A DNA stretch of 64,000 bases. Source: Mustelus asterias. Lineage: Eukaryota. Where the stretch lies: assembly GCF_964213995.1 (NCBI RefSeq), contig NC_135804.1, positions 38,564,001 to 38,628,000 on the forward strand, read 5' to 3'. The notes below the pieces were generated by a model. That model ran no database searches. It saw only the letters and a program-made list of their open reading frames with translations, and was not told where the DNA came from. A program made the position numbers and the translations under genes. How positions within the stretch are numbered: position 1 is the stretch's first letter; every line of letters begins with the position of its first letter. This document shows, one piece after another, positions 13,412 through 27,392 of the stretch.

Positions 13412-13693
13412 CTCCTTCAAGGTCCTCTTTTCTTTTGTTCAAGTAGTCAACCACTTTTTGAAGCTCTTCAGCATAAAGATGCTTTCCATCACCTAGCAGA
13501 AAGAGGAGATGCCGAACGCTGCTTGGCACAACATGACTTTCATCATAAGACTCACGATGAAGGTAATCATCTGCCAAATTCGCTGCTTTGTGAGCAATCT
13601 CAAGTCGTTCTTTCTCCAAATTTTCACCAAATATGCGTTGGTGCTCACGAGAAATCAGGTCCAAAGCATCTTCCAAAGGCATATTACGATGTT
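13412..13693 (-). CDS. NCOA5-like coding exon 7 (282 nt)
   Basis: EHRNMPLEDALDLISR...EKERLEIAHKAANLADD...LYAEELQKVVDYLNKRK; gagcag| and |gttagt. Confidence 0.93.
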
Positions 13694-13836
13694 CTGCTCA
13701 AGAAAGGTAACTTTATTTTTTGATCTGATTGGAAAACTCTTCAGTGTGTTAAGTACACATTTTTATAATTTGCTAGCATATATTTGGAAATAAACCAACA
13801 CTCGAGATTCAAACAAAATGTAATGAAATGGAATTA

Positions 13837-14134
13837 GGGTAACAGTGGCTAGTACTGCTGCCTCATAGCGCCAGGGACCTGGGCACGATTCCTGGCTTGG
13901 GTCATTGTCTGTGCAGAGTTTGCACGTTCTCACCGTGTCTGCATGGGTTTCCTCCAGGTGCTCCGGTTTCTTCCCACAGTCACAAAGACATGCTGGGTAG
14001 GTGCATTGGCCATGCTAAATTCCCCCTCAGTGTACCGGAACAGACACCAGAGTGTGGCGACTAGGGGATTTTCACAGTAACTTCATTCCAGTGTTAATGT
14101 GAGCCTACTTGTGACACTAATAAATAAACTTAAA
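13837..14134 (+). mobile_element. tRNA-derived SINE, tail type B (...cctacttgtgacactaataaataaac)
   Basis: Same sequence as copies at 18624, 54403, 60541. Confidence 0.9.
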
Positions 14135-15349
14135 CTTGATGAAAAAACAACCAAGATAAGATTTTTTTTATGGACACAATGAAGATGCACAAAAACTAAA
14201 ATTTTCATTTACATCGTATGAAGTGCTCAGGACACGGACTGCAGTCCAAATCAGCCTTCATATGAATCACAAGCTTCAGAGATTTTTAAATTTTGCATAT
14301 GGCAAACTACATGACCCATGGGAGTGGAAAGCAAAATGAGGGAGGAAACTTCAGAGGTATGTCTGTGCATGTCTCTCTGCAGGGAAGGAGATGACGGGCT
14401 TATGTCACGTGTGCATTCGAACAAAAGCATTGGCGTATATCAAGTCTTATTGCAATTTCTGTGCAATAATGATCAGGCCATACAAGAGCTTTGTTATATT
14501 TGATGTGCCCCAGTACAAAAGAGGTTGGGTGCCTCAGTTATAGGTTTCAAGTCAGGCACAGGTTTTTGACAACTTGAGGTGATGAACTGTCTGAGAATGA
14601 AGGATATTATCTTAATGTGTCTGAGAAACAGTATACAACTAGTGAAACAATTATCTAAAATGCAAGCTCTCTGAATCTGCCGATTATTTTCATTACTGAT
14701 GAGACAGTTTTTTAAAAAGTAGCTAATTGGAGAAAGTAATCTTATAAGCCTAACTTTGAAAAGTTAGATATAGCACAGGGAAAATTCAATGCCTTTAATT
14801 AGGGAAGCGGAAGCAAAATTTAAGGTCCCTCTATTAGCTGCCCAGTGATGCCTGGAACTTTGACCACATGGATACCATGAGCTTGTTAATGACAGATCCT
14901 TAGATCGAACAGGATGATTCCACATATTGCTCAGGTTTAAAAAAAAAGAACCGTCACTTAGGCCACAGAAACCATACCCCAATGACAGGTGAAAAACTAC
15001 TGTTCATGTCAATACCAACTTAATTGACGGTGATGAACTGATCTGAAACAAAAATAATCACCTCTCTCCACTGGAATGAAAATAATATGAAGGTTTACTG
15101 TAACAGTTGAGATTAATAATCACACCCTGCAATGTTTTGCCCAATGCAAAAACAAAGTAACTTATGTTCTACTGACTCAAGATACTGCATGCTAAATATG
15201 TCGTCTAGGAAAATGGATTTTGGTCATATCATCTCAGATCTCAAATTTGCAAGGGATAAGGAATCTCAGTCTCGTGCAGACATACGGCAGGTGATATTAA
15301 CTTTTTGCAGTATGGTTAGACCAGATTTTCAGTGAGCTCTAATTTGAGT

Positions 15350-16100
15350 CAGGTAATTAAGTACCAAACAAAGGAGCATAGGAAAAATAAAGGAGCCGAA
15401 TATTATTTAAATTGAGTGCAGAAAGCTGCAGTAGAGGGGGATTTTGGGGGGGGGGGGGGTCCTCATGCATAAGTCACAAAAAGCTAGCATGTAAGTTCAG
15501 CAGGTAATAGGGATGGCAAATGGAATTTTGGCCTTTACTTAAAAGGCAATGGAGTAAAAAAAATTGAAAGCCTTGCTAAAACGATACAAGACACTAGTTA
15601 GATTGCACCAGCAATACTGTGAACAGTTTTGGTCCCCTTATCTAAGATATACTGGCACTGGAGGCAGTCCAGAGAAGGTTCACTAGGTTGATCCCAGGTA
15701 TCGAGGGATTTCATGAGGTTGAGCCTGTACTAATCGAGAGTTTACAAGAATGAAAGGATTCTCAGGGGAGATGCTGAGAGGTTGTTTCTTCTTGTGGGAG
15801 AGTCTAGGACCAGAAGGCATAAATAATCAGAGTAAAGGGTCCCCCATTTAAGATAGAGATGAGGAGGAATTTCTTCTGAGGGTAGCGGAGCTGTAGAATT
15901 CGTTACCGCAGAGAGATGCAGAGGCTGGATCATTATGTTCAAGGCCGAGATAGACAGATTTTTAATCAGTATGTGCATCAAGGGTTATGGGGACAAGGTG
16001 GGAAAGTGGAGTTGAGGATTATCTTATCTGTCATGATTTCATCTCATTGAGTGGCAGAGCAGACTTGATAGGTCGAATGGCCCATTTCTCCTCTGTCTTA
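15350..16100 (+). mobile_element. Degenerate CR1 3' fragment
   Basis: QFWSPY, VQRRFTRLIPG-like codons; 3' tail ggtcgaatggcc. Confidence 0.75.
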
Positions 16101-16448
16101 TGGGCTTCACTACACAAAACACCAAGGAGTAAAATAGTCAGTTCAAGGTGTTCAGACATTCTTCCTTAAAAGCAGAAATCCACTAGCACATCGTTTCTGT
16201 ATCAAATAATAAACTGCACATGATGTAGGAATCAGTTTCAAATATTTTTTCCTAGTTTAAAAAAAACTAGGAAAACACTTTGGAAAGAAATGCCTCAAAG
16301 CCATAAGAAGAATGTAATTTGCCTCAGGAACAACGAGCATTATGTTACACAAAAACACTACAAAGATCTCCATGAAAACATAAGGACATCATTGGGGTTT
16401 TATACCTCAAGAATTCTAGGTGTATCTTTACGGAAAATGAATATGTAC

Positions 16449-16648
16449 CTTTGTGGCCTGCATACAAAATAATCACCGTGCAAGAAGAAAGAGACTGATG
16501 TTCTCCACCAACAACGACACAAAATGGGGAACCTTCTTCTCGAACATCTTTCAAAGCAGTATCAAGAGCCAACTCTAATTTAAGGTACACAAGATCCACG
16601 AGAAGTCCCAGTTCTTGCACACGCCGCCCTACCAGTTTGGCGTAATCC
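16449..16648 (-). CDS. NCOA5-like coding exon 6 (200 nt, anticodon-binding-like domain)
   Basis: DYAKLVGRRVQELGLLVDLVYL...GSPFCVVV...SCTVIILY within ORF 16345..16683; AG/GT flanks. Confidence 0.93.
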
Positions 16649-18623
16649 CTTAAATTGAAAGAGAATATTTTCCAGTTAGGCACTCAAATAAGTTTGAAAA
16701 TGCAATTTCACATGATTGTTTAAAAAATACTCAGTGTAGTGCAAGACCCTAAAAGAACAGTACCATTGCAGATGAGGATTTTCTTTAAAAAACTATTAAT
16801 GGACAAAACTTTGTTTAAATTCTTAATGACAGTGGCCCCTTCCCAAATGCAGACATCTCCCTGGTTGGACAGACATTTAAGCTCTCATTCTTGGTTGTCA
16901 ATGCTTTCAAAAACTAAGTCCGAAGGTTAAATTTAAACAATATTTTACAGCAAGCATTGCAAACAAGAGACTAGTCACAGTGTAACAATTTAATTAAAAT
17001 ATGTTCTGTTCTTAAGCAATTTTGAGTGCAAGCTTAATGTTGGACGATACCCTCAATTTAAGCTTTTAGACCAAGTTTAAATAGCTGGATATCCAATCTC
17101 TATTGCAACATACGATTAATTGTCAAAACTATAGTGGGATGGCTAGTTAGCCAACTGGAATTTAGAATCTAGAACCAATATTCATTGAGAAGTTTAGAAT
17201 TGTGCATAGAACTGAAGCAACTTCATTAAATTGAACTAAACCCCCCCCCCCCCCGCTTCATTGTTATAACAATTAGATATTTAAAGCTGGATTCCTGCTC
17301 AAAAAAAATTAGATAACGCATCAATTGCATATAGACAACATGCTGTTGATCATAATGAAGTGTGTCCACCAACAATCTTGGTACAAGCTTTAGAAGGCTG
17401 GCAATTCCACGGTGATTCCAATTACCCAGGGTTGCCCATTTTTCAGCTTACACTTCACAATGAAACACCCCACCACTGAAGGAAGCTACCCAGGTATCAG
17501 CAACCCTTTTCCCTGCAATATTAATCCTATACAACTAAAGATCAAGAAATTGTAAACTTTGAACATTTCAGCTTCCTTCCCCATACCAGTTTCAAATATA
17601 ATAAAACCAATTTGAACACTTCTCCTTTAGCCATGAAGACACCTTATTCTCAAATTCCAGTTTATAAAATCTGGTTTAAGATTGCTGAAAACTGGCTACA
17701 GCTGATTTCCCAGTCAATTGATTGATTTAGTTACTTCAGATGTAATACTTCAATGTTATCACAGCCATATACAAACTCTACTTCATAAAATTAAATCCTG
17801 TTTCAGGATATAAGAAAAGTGGTGAAATGAACATGCATAATTTACAAATGACAATCACAAATGTTGCGATGAGATATATTCCCTCATAACCTTCATGAAT
17901 CTCAAAACGTACACAAATATTAGCTGCAGCTACCTTGTAATAAGACAATTTTTACTAAAGGCTACTATTTTTGATCTGTTGCAGCTAATGAGGTAGGCAG
18001 TCATGGGATTCAAAAATAACTACTATCAAAATTCACAAACTAAAGTTGATTTTCTTCAACTTACTCAGCCAGCAACATTACAATATGTTCTACAAGGCCT
18101 TTTACAGGCAGATTTGGTTTCCTGATCTGGATATACCGCTGCATATTTTCAGCCCATATTTGCATTATTAAACAACTATGTGGTGACTATTTCCTAATAA
18201 AACTTTGCTTCTAGTTCAACCTCATTCATTGCACAAATCACCAGTTGACTTAAGTACTCAAATTAGGAATGTTGCAACCCATATTATGAATTTTACGAGA
18301 AACACAATGACCCAGATTTTGCAATTTTAATGACAAAACTATTACTCATTGAAACCGATATCAATACCTAGCATCTGCACATGCATGTTTTAACATGGAA
18401 ATCCAGAAGTTGCTTCCTTGCTTCTCCAAAGATTATGCCGAAGTCCTTGTTTTCTTTCACAGATGTGGACATCATTGACTAGGCCAGCATTTATTTCCCA
18501 TCCCTAACTGCCCTTGAGATGGTGAGCAGCCTTTTTGAACTACTGCAGTCCACAAGTTGTAGGAACACACATTGTTGTTTGGAAGGGAGTTCCAGGGTTT
18601 TGACCTTGGAACATGGAAATCTT

Positions 18624-18906
18624 AGCACGGTGGCAGTGGTTAGCACTGCTGCTTCACAGCGCCAGGGACCTGGGTTCAATTCCTGGCTTGGGTCACTGTC
18701 TGTGCGGAGTCTGCATGTTCTCCCTGTGTCTGCGTGGGTTTCCTCCCACAGTCCGAAAGACGTGCTGGTTAGGTGTATTGGCCGTGCTAAATTCTCCCTC
18801 AGCGTACCCAAACAGGTGCCGGAGCGTGGCAACTAGGGGATTTTCACAGCAACTTCATTGCAGTGTTAACAATGTAAGCCTACTTGTGACACTAATAAAT
18901 AAACTT
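18624..18906 (+). mobile_element. tRNA-derived SINE, tail type B, next to a LINE 3'-end fragment (18465-18612, minus)
   Basis: gcacggtggcagtggttagcactgctgcttcacagcgccagggacc head; type B tail. Confidence 0.9.
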
Positions 18907-20279
18907 TAAATTGACGTGGACTTTCATCTTTTGTTTGTCCCATTGTAAAATCTTTCAATTTTTCGAATGAAATGTAACTGGGTTTAAACTGTGCACCAAC
19001 TCAATTACTCCTGACCAGCCTCTGTGGGCTTGGAAAAAATGTTTGCAAAATGCCAAACTGTTTCATTTTGATAAAGAACAGATTTTTAAAATAAAAATCA
19101 TTTTTTAAACAAAGTTAATTTTTCAGTTCCTTTAAACCCAGGAGTATGTGCCAATTTTTATTTCACACTCTTAAAAAGATTCTAAGTGACAGATAATTAG
19201 TGGTATTTACTTCCTGGTTTGCTGCCTGAGAATTTTTCTGATGCCATTGGCTGCTCAGACTACTTAATGGCATCGCTGTTGCCACATGACTAAGACTCCC
19301 TATATATGACACTTGAATGAAATTAACACTTGTAAAGTGAAATCCACACAAAGATCACTAGATTGCTGTAGGCTGTGTTCTTAGCCGTCAGCAGCAAACG
19401 TCACTTTACCACTGACTGCAAACTCGGCCATTAAATGGATGATCAATTGATAAAGCAGTTTTGGAAAGCTTTGCAAATCGTCTGGTCAAACAATTTTCAC
19501 AGACAGGGGCATTTTGTTTCAGAATACTAAAATGAATATCCTGCATTGCATTGAAGTTAAATAATGGAAGCATTAAAGCAAATGCTAGACAATAAGCTCA
19601 CAGTTGGTTCTCAACGGCTTAGATGGTTAAGGCAGTGAACAAATGACAGATTCCTAGCGTGCATGGGCTATACATTTTGTCATACAAAGGTCCAAAATGT
19701 GATCCATGACCTGAACCAGCTCGGGACACAGGCCCATTGGGTTATCAAGCAGAAAATCGCTGGAGCTACCACTCTGGGTTGATATCCAGAGATCTGTGAC
19801 ACATGCACAAACAATTAGCAAATATGGATATACACTTAGGTCAGACCAAGTTAATTCTCCACTCTGATTTATCACCAAATTCCACAACCTCTGAAAGCTC
19901 AAGAATGAATAATGACAATGTTCTATGGAACTATATTCCAAATCAACACCATTAGGAGAGGTGGTGAGGGGGAAATGTGAAGACCATGAAGGACTATGCT
20001 TGATGCATTTTAAAAATAAAGTCTTGAGGCATCAGTTAGAGCTCTTAAGCACCAAGAATTCTACTCCTCCTTTCCATTTATATAGAATTATAGATTAATT
20101 ATTTTTGTGGACTAACATTCCTCCAGTGATTAAGAATGAGTATGGTCCTTATACATTCTCTTCACATGACAGCACCAAGTCTCTCAAATTGCAAACTCAA
20201 ACCTGTATAAAAGTCGGTTTGGTGTCAATTTGCAATATGCAACAAAGAGTGCTAAAGTAATATGCCAAAGGAAGTTTAC

Positions 20280-20409
20280 CCTTGTTGTTTGCTTAGAGCT
20301 ATAACTACACAGTCAGCATGTTTCTCTTTATTGTAGTCATCCTCTATCTCTCTATAGAACTGCTGATAGAGCTCATCTCGGCGACTATCCTCAGGTCTGC
20401 AGCTATCTT
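20280..20409 (-). CDS. NCOA5-like coding exon 5 (130 nt)
   Basis: ttacag|...|gtaaac; EDSRRDELYQQFYREIEDDYNKEKHADCVVIALSKQQ resembles NCOA5 RRREELYRQYFEEI...DCSVIV. Confidence 0.9.
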
Positions 20410-20539
20410 CTGTAAAGAAGAATGTACAATTAAACCAGAATACAAGTTTTATTTTTGTTCCAAAGCAAATATCAGGTTTGCATCTATGTATTGCTTTTCA
20501 TGACCATCAGACAATCCAAAGTGGTTCACAAACAAGTAC

Positions 20540-20845
20540 TTTAAGTTTAAGTCACAGCTGTAATGTGGGAAACACTAGCTAATTTACATACAGGAAGCTC
20601 TTACAAACAGCAAGGAAAATGGCATTTGAAGGATAAAAATTAGCCATGACACAAGGAACAGCTCCCCCATCACCCTTCATTTATGTTCACCTGAGAGCAC
20701 AGCTGAGTTGTTACTTATCACATCTGAAAGACATTGCCTCTGGCAGTACAGCACTCCCTCAGTACTGCAATGGAGTTTCAGTCTAGATTGTTGTGCTCAA
20801 GTCCTGCCTCAGAGACAAGACTACTATTAACAGTCTCGTCTGACA
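20540..20845 (-). mobile_element. Ancient Deu-domain SINE (SacSINE1-like)
   Basis: gcactccctcagtactgca..ggagt..cag.ctagatt motif; similar copy at 61245-61590. Confidence 0.55.
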
Positions 20846-23704
20846 TGGTTTGGCAAGTATTCTATTCAATACAATAACATAAAAGTATGCCCCCTTATCA
20901 TGGGGTGGGAAGATTAGCAAACTTCTGTTAGTTGGCGGAGATTAACAAAACAGTTAATAAATGATTTGCCATGTTATGTATTTGGGGAATGTTAAATGTT
21001 TAAATAATGCCCCACAACTTCCCTCCTGTTAGTAATATTTTCATGCCTGAAGTCAGTTTTAAAATAAAGCAGTATGCCTCTTTGCACATATCTACAATTG
21101 GGCAACTTCAAAACTACTGTGAATTTCAAAGCAGTTGACAATTATTCTACCCATATATTAAAATCTTACATCTTCATAACTCTACTTCCTGCTGTCAGGA
21201 AATTTTCTTGATAGTCAATGATACATTGTTTATACAAGTTTGTTCTCCGGTAATTACACAATCAGGCCACTTGGTGGCTTTCTGGCTAATCTGAACAGCT
21301 ACACAATACAATTCAAAAAAATCATATTATGCATCTATATTATTTTCTGCTTGGGTTAAGTTTTTCTTTCATGCTACTAGTTAGTGAATAATGGGCTGGC
21401 ATGCACTACCACAATGACCAGTTGCCAGAGCAACTTGGCAACTGATGCCCCCACTAAAGAAACACCACCTGGTATCATATCCAGTGAGATAAAACCTCTC
21501 AACTTCAGTCATCAGCAAAGATGCCTGACATGAAGACATCCCATCTGACATGGATTTGTTTACTCTTTCCATCATATTTCATAAATAAAAGGATGCTGGT
21601 ACCCAATGTAATTTATTGCATTTTTCCAACTTGGCAGTCTCTCAGTAATTGGGTCATTAGGCTCACTGTTCCACTCAACAACTCAAACTGGGTTTTATTC
21701 CCCTCCTGGTTTGAACACTTCAATTCTTTCCTTCCACTCGCCAGCACAACTGACAACTATCAATCTTGCACATTTATCTGCCAGCCAAAGTAAATGCTGA
21801 ACTTTAATGTTGTGGCTTGAAGTTGTAGGCTTCAGTTTGCACTGCTAACCAACATCTGACGCAGCAGCACTGAACTGGAATACATGCTTGCAGTCATTGA
21901 CAGAACAATGACTTGACCCAAATGGTACATGCTGTTTAAACGTTTTCTTTTCATCTGGCCAATAAACCTGACAAGTAATGTTTTCCCACCAGTGAACTGC
22001 AGGACACTCACCCCACTGAGAAGCATTTCCTGATATAGAACTCCAGGACACCCCAAATACGATATCTTAAATCCTACTGAGCAGCAGTTCAACAACCAAG
22101 CCACCAACTCATTTATCCCTCCCTCATTGCACAGATTTACATGGCTCATGTCCTGCTCCATATCAGATCCCATATTCTGCCCAATCAAATAGGGCCCTTG
22201 CACTGATTAGCATGTCAATGTCTCAAAACAAACCATCCTCCTAAATAAATATGAGAAAAGAATAGGCCATTCAGCCCCTTGAGACTATTCCACCATTGAA
22301 GAAGATCATGGCTGATCTGGTAATGGCCTCCACTTTCCTGCCCGTCTGCATCCAAAAAAACTTGATGTTTCATGTGCACAGAATATGGAAATCTCATGAG
22401 GTACACAAAATCATCCCAAAAAAAACCAACAGAATGCTGGCCTTTACATTTGGAGGAATAGAATTCAAGGTGGTACCATAGAAAGGTTGCATAGCACAGG
22501 AAGGAGCCATCTGACCCGTTGTAAAAGTTTCTTCCACAAGTGGCAATTTATGCTAGGCCAATTGTTAATTTTAAATCTAGGCTTGATAAGGAATATGGAG
22601 AAAGGTGGGGGTGGAGAGTACATGGAATTATATCACAGATGAACAATGATTTCACTGAATGGTGGAAAGTCTCAAGAGGCTAAACGGCCTGCACCTGTTC
22701 CTATGTTGCAAATGCCTTTCTTGAAAGGGTTATCTTGCAGACAGCCCTATCGCGCATCATGATCTGGTAATTCTAGATGCAACTCATGCATCAAGCCACT
22801 GCCCCCTACCTCTTCTACAAGTTACCCCATTCAATTCTTTTCAGATCCTCCTCCTACCCTCTCCAACTATTCCCACTTCACCATAAAATTAGTTGGTAAT
22901 ATTTTGCCATATGCTGCACCATAGATAAACAGCAAATTGCATTTTTTCCCCTCATGTGACACCTCTAATCATCTCTATTTGATTCTTACATCCATATAAG
23001 ATAGAAATTGGCAATATAAACTTTCCACCTATCCACCACCTTCCAAGTAGTGGTAAGTAAAGTCTGCTTTCCAAGATCTTCAACCTCTACTGCAGAGAAA
23101 CAGCTATGCTCCAACCACTTCCATTCCTCCAATTTCCAAACTGATGCACACCTTCTAGTTAGCTACACAGGTCAGGATTAAAACAAGGACAGAATATCTA
23201 AAATGAGAACTTATGTACATCAGAGCACCCTGATCTAATTATCTTCCACCCTCAATCCCCGATATGTCTGACAGTTGCAACTGGTCTGGACTTGTGTATA
23301 AGACAAGAGAATCAACTAGTTTAAAATCTGTTAAAGAAAGGCATTAGTGATCAATAGTGAAGGCTCTTAAGCTAACCCAAATAAAACACTTACCAAAATA
23401 AAACCTAAGTAAATGCCAAAATTAGGATGATTACCCACAAAATTACACGCTTTCATTTACAGTTTTTTAGGTTAACTGGTAAAATCTTGTGGATTTGGAC
23501 CACATTTGGGACTCCATTTTATTATTGCTTTATAAATAAGCCTAGCTTTGTGTTGAAGAAAAACGGACTCAGCTAGTAGATTTCTAAACAGTGGCAGTCA
23601 TTCAACATATATTGCTTTACATGCCTTTGTCATTGTGTTTTAAAAGTTTTCTAAAGCAAATAGTTGGTACACCATAAACAAGCAGATGCATAACTTAGTC
23701 ATAC

Positions 23705-23781
23705 CGCTCCAGGTGTAGTTGTAATCCTCTGTGTTGTAAGGCTCACCATAACCACCATAATATTCCAACACTTCCTGAGTC
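23705..23781 (-). CDS. NCOA5-like coding exon 4 (77 nt)
   Basis: tttaag|...|gtatga, phase 2-1, Tyr-rich open frame TQEVLEYYGGYGEPYNTEDYNYTWS. Confidence 0.72.
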
Positions 23782-25045
23782 CTTAAAGGGGAGGAAATAA
23801 CTGATTAGCATAGATGCCTAATTTACATCCACTATTACAAATCCTTTATTTTAGTATTGCTTAAATAAAGAGACATGCTGTCAAATCTTTTAGTCTTTAA
23901 GTTCTGCATGAACAAACAACTACTTATTTACTTTGCTTTCTTTTGATGGAAATGATTTCAAGTTTTGGAGTTAACTATTTACAAAAATAAAGTGATTTAG
24001 GAAGACCACTCTAAAATATTAATATAGTTCTGCATTGCAAGCCTCAAAACAACCACTTATGAAAATTGATTTAATTCAGCAGCATGTATTCACCATTCAG
24101 ACGAAGCTGAAAACTGAAGGTGACCAAAAATTTGTTTCCTAGGGGTTTGCAATGGAGGACAGACACATCGACCAGGATTTTGTGGATGGAGTGAGTGACT
24201 TTTTGCACTGTAACTTGCAGGAACTAGAAATTTATTTCAGTGCAGTGCCCTCTAAACAGGATCTGGAACTTGTATGAATAGGGCAAGCAACTATGCATCT
24301 CCTTAACCAGACTGAGGTCTTTGTGAGTAGCACAGTGTAAACCAGGAATGACAAGTTTGGGTATTTAAATCAATACCAAATTGAAAAGGTAATAAAGAGG
24401 GAAAGAAAGCTGGGATTAAGAGAAATTAGAGATAAAACTGGTTCTTAAATTATTTTATGATTTTTATCTTAACTCCATCCAAGAGTCCATTCCATCACTA
24501 TGAACTATTAGCCCCAAATTTGAATCTGTGAACGTGGTCCTACTCTACAAGCCTCTTACTCTTAAGTGTAAAGGCCAGAATTAAGCAAGAGTCCCCAAAA
24601 CATGTAAAAATCCCAAACCCCTTGACATAAAAGTAAAGCTGACAATTATACTGATGACCCCAATTACAAGCTATTCTTAAACCTTCAGATCACTGAAGTG
24701 GATTGGATTGTATCATGGATTGTGCAAGGACTTTTCTACTTGATCTGGTTTGAATATTACATAATTTCCATCTGGAATGTAAAGGTCACAAGTAAAACAA
24801 GTTTGGGCTGTTTCCAATATGTGTTTAAGTATGTTATAAGCCACACAATCAACAAAAGGGTTAAGTTAATTTGTCTCCTCTGCTCAGCAACTAGTTGCAA
24901 TGTCACTTGGATTTTAGGAATACTCAAAGCTGACAGTGTCAAAATGGAAAATGCTCCATGTTTACATTTAGAAATGCCAAATTTCATCCCTGAAAGAATA
25001 ATTAATGCAAGTACTGGAATCAGCAGAATGATATTTATCTGTCAC

Positions 25046-25117
25046 CTGTAAGGATCAACTCTTTCAGCTCCCAAAGGTGATCGGTCTCGCTCTAGATCTT
25101 GCCGAGTCGAGAGGATG
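25046..25117 (-). CDS. NCOA5-like coding exon 3 (72 nt)
   Basis: aatag|...|gtgac, phase 2-2, encodes ...LERDRSPLGAERVDPY. Confidence 0.78.
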
Positions 25118-26032
25118 CTATTAAAAACAGAAAACTAACTTAAGTTGGTTAACGTTTTCATTTAAAAGAAACATTCTAAGGATCAGTACCAAAGAAACTC
25201 CTTTTCAAAGCAAAAGGAGTTTGCAGGGGCCTCGAGCCAGATATTCTTGATTTGGTACAGCACAAAAGTCGCAGGTTAACCAATGTCATCTGGGGTGGTG
25301 GTGAATCACCTTACTCAACTTCAGAATCTACAGACTACTCTTATGATTGATCCTGCCCTCAAATGAAACTTTTCCTCACCCATGATAACTATTCAGTGGC
25401 CTCTACTGAAATTAAACAAAATTGTATGATCACCTAAGACCGAGTCAGGTTCAGTTACAATAGACCCATTAACCAACAGCTTCTTGACACATTGCTACAT
25501 ATCTGGGCCTGGATAAAGAAACTTCAGTGAATTTGTGCCTTAAGAGGCGCTTAATGAAAATAAATCAGGTGGAAGAAAATAAAATACCCCCAAAAGGTTG
25601 TAATTAACAATGTAGTTGTATTAAAGTGTTGATTGCAATCACCCTCAACTCTGAATGCATGGTAAAGGTGGTTTTTTCATATCACTGCTGTGAGAAAGCA
25701 GAGGGCAAGAATTAATGTCCACAATGTAGTAATAGTGGATAAAACATTACTATGACCTAGATTTGCCGTACTGTTTTAATGATGGAAAATGCATTCTCCT
25801 CACTAATGAATCAAGAAGCCAATTTGACCTTTACACAAGTTTTAATTGAGAAACATATGCAACTCACTTCATCTATTGCCAGTATCACACCACAATAACA
25901 TACAACCCTGCTCCTTCTCCACCACCCACAAAGTCCGGAGTGAATTCTTGTCCCATTCTCCAGATCAACACAATGTTATTACAAATGCAATTGGACCATC
26001 TTTGTTGTTAACCTAGAATAAACTTGTCATAC

Positions 26033-26080
26033 CTTGGTATGGATTCTCTTGGAACGTTATATTCTGCTGTTGCAAATGAA
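26033..26080 (-). CDS. NCOA5-like coding exon 2 (48 nt)
   Basis: ctccag|...|gtatga, phase 2-2, open frame SSFATAEYNVPRESIP. Confidence 0.68.
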
Positions 26081-26541
26081 CTGGAGGTGAGAGAAAGAAA
26101 TAGACAAGAGAAATCAATGGCCAGGTCTTTGTATTAAGCCTTTTCTACAAATTAGCCAACAATTTTGTTCTTTCCACTATTAGAGGGTTTCATCAGAAAC
26201 GCGATGACACAGAACAAAGGTACAACCAACCAAAAAGTCAAAAGCTGAAAAGAAAATCAATCATTTTTCACAACATAAAATTAAATTACATTGTTTGTGC
26301 CTACTGAATAGGTTAGGGGTTTTGAATCCTGAATCAGACTGACCAATTTTCATTACAAGGCTTTTTTTTTCAACATCAGCTCGCAATATTGTAATGATCG
26401 ACTGACCACTAGATTAAGTTAGGACTGACAGACAAAATTTCATTAAACTTAGAATATTCACAAATATTTGAATGCAGCGATAATCAAAAACTAAACTTAA
26501 AGACTTTTCTGGGATAACAGGCATTTAAAAAAAACATTTAC

Positions 26542-26600
26542 CTTCCATCTGGGCTGGGTCTGTGTGATGGACCTCCCCTCGACTTTATCCAAGCAGACAT
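26542..26600 (-). CDS. NCOA5-like coding exon 1 (MSAWIKSRGGPSHRPSPDG)
   Basis: tttttag|GTTAAG ATG...GGA AG|gtaaat; RPSP as at the NCOA5 N-terminus. Confidence 0.78.
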
Positions 26601-27189
26601 CTTAACCTAAAAATTAGAAAATTGGTTAAGAAAATGTTGCATTGCTTCAAGTAAGTAAGTGGTATATTGGCACATGCTCCATTTGGAATTCATCCAATAA
26701 TTCCTTTAGATGCACTTGAGTTTAGCAACACTAATTGTAAAGAAACTGTTATATCAAAATGAAGTCTGGCAAAGAGTAGGATGCTAAACTGCACAATAAA
26801 CACCAAGAGATTCACAGGCTCTAAAATACACTTAACAATTTCTTTGAATGATAGAAAATCTATCAGTTGCACTAAATACTGCTGCTTGCACTACACAGGC
26901 AATAGGGTGTTACTTCAATTCTGGAGCTTAAAACTAAATTGTTATCTTTGCAATATCTTTAAATTTTTTCCAATCTAACATGCTTTTCTGATATTCAGCA
27001 ACTCCGATGGTTCACTCAATCTAAAATCATACAGCATCAAGCAGGATTTTCCAGCTGTGAAATCGTATCCATTTATAAATCTAAACAGGGATAATATCCA
27101 GATTACTGCGGAAATGTCCTTCAAGTGTCTCCAAACTTTTTGACAAATAATACTGAATAAATTCAAATGTCTCGGTACACCTTCACATT

Positions 27190-27392
27190 TCAGAATCATA
27201 TAATCCCTACAGTGCAGAAGCAGGCCATTCAGCCCATCAAGTCTGCATCAACTCTCTGAAGGAGCATCTTACCCAGGCCTTATCCTTGCAACCCAACATA
27301 TTAAAGTTGCTAATCCCCCTATCCTACACATTTTGGGACACTAAGGGGAAATTTAGCTCGGCCAATCAACCTAACCTGCACATCTTTGGACA
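27190..27392 (-). mobile_element. 3' half of HE1-like SINE
   Basis: Reverse of the CR1-type SINE tail (aatccctacagtgcagaagcaggccattc...cctaacctgcacatctttgg). Confidence 0.8.

Larger units (their letters stand above)
9654..26600 (-). other. NCOA5-like gene (nuclear receptor coactivator 5 paralogue), full spliced CDS span
   Basis: Manually joined exons 26600-26542, 26080-26033, 25117-25046, 23781-23705, 20409-20280, 16648-16449, 13693-13412, 12437-12372, 12004-11816, 9694-9654; all GT-AG, phases consistent, 1164 nt = 387 aa + stop. Motifs RPSP, RDRSP, RRDELYQQFY, DCVVI, DYAKLVGRRVQELGLLVDL, EHRNMP match my recollection of NCOA5 (anticodon-binding-like domain). Confidence 0.88.
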
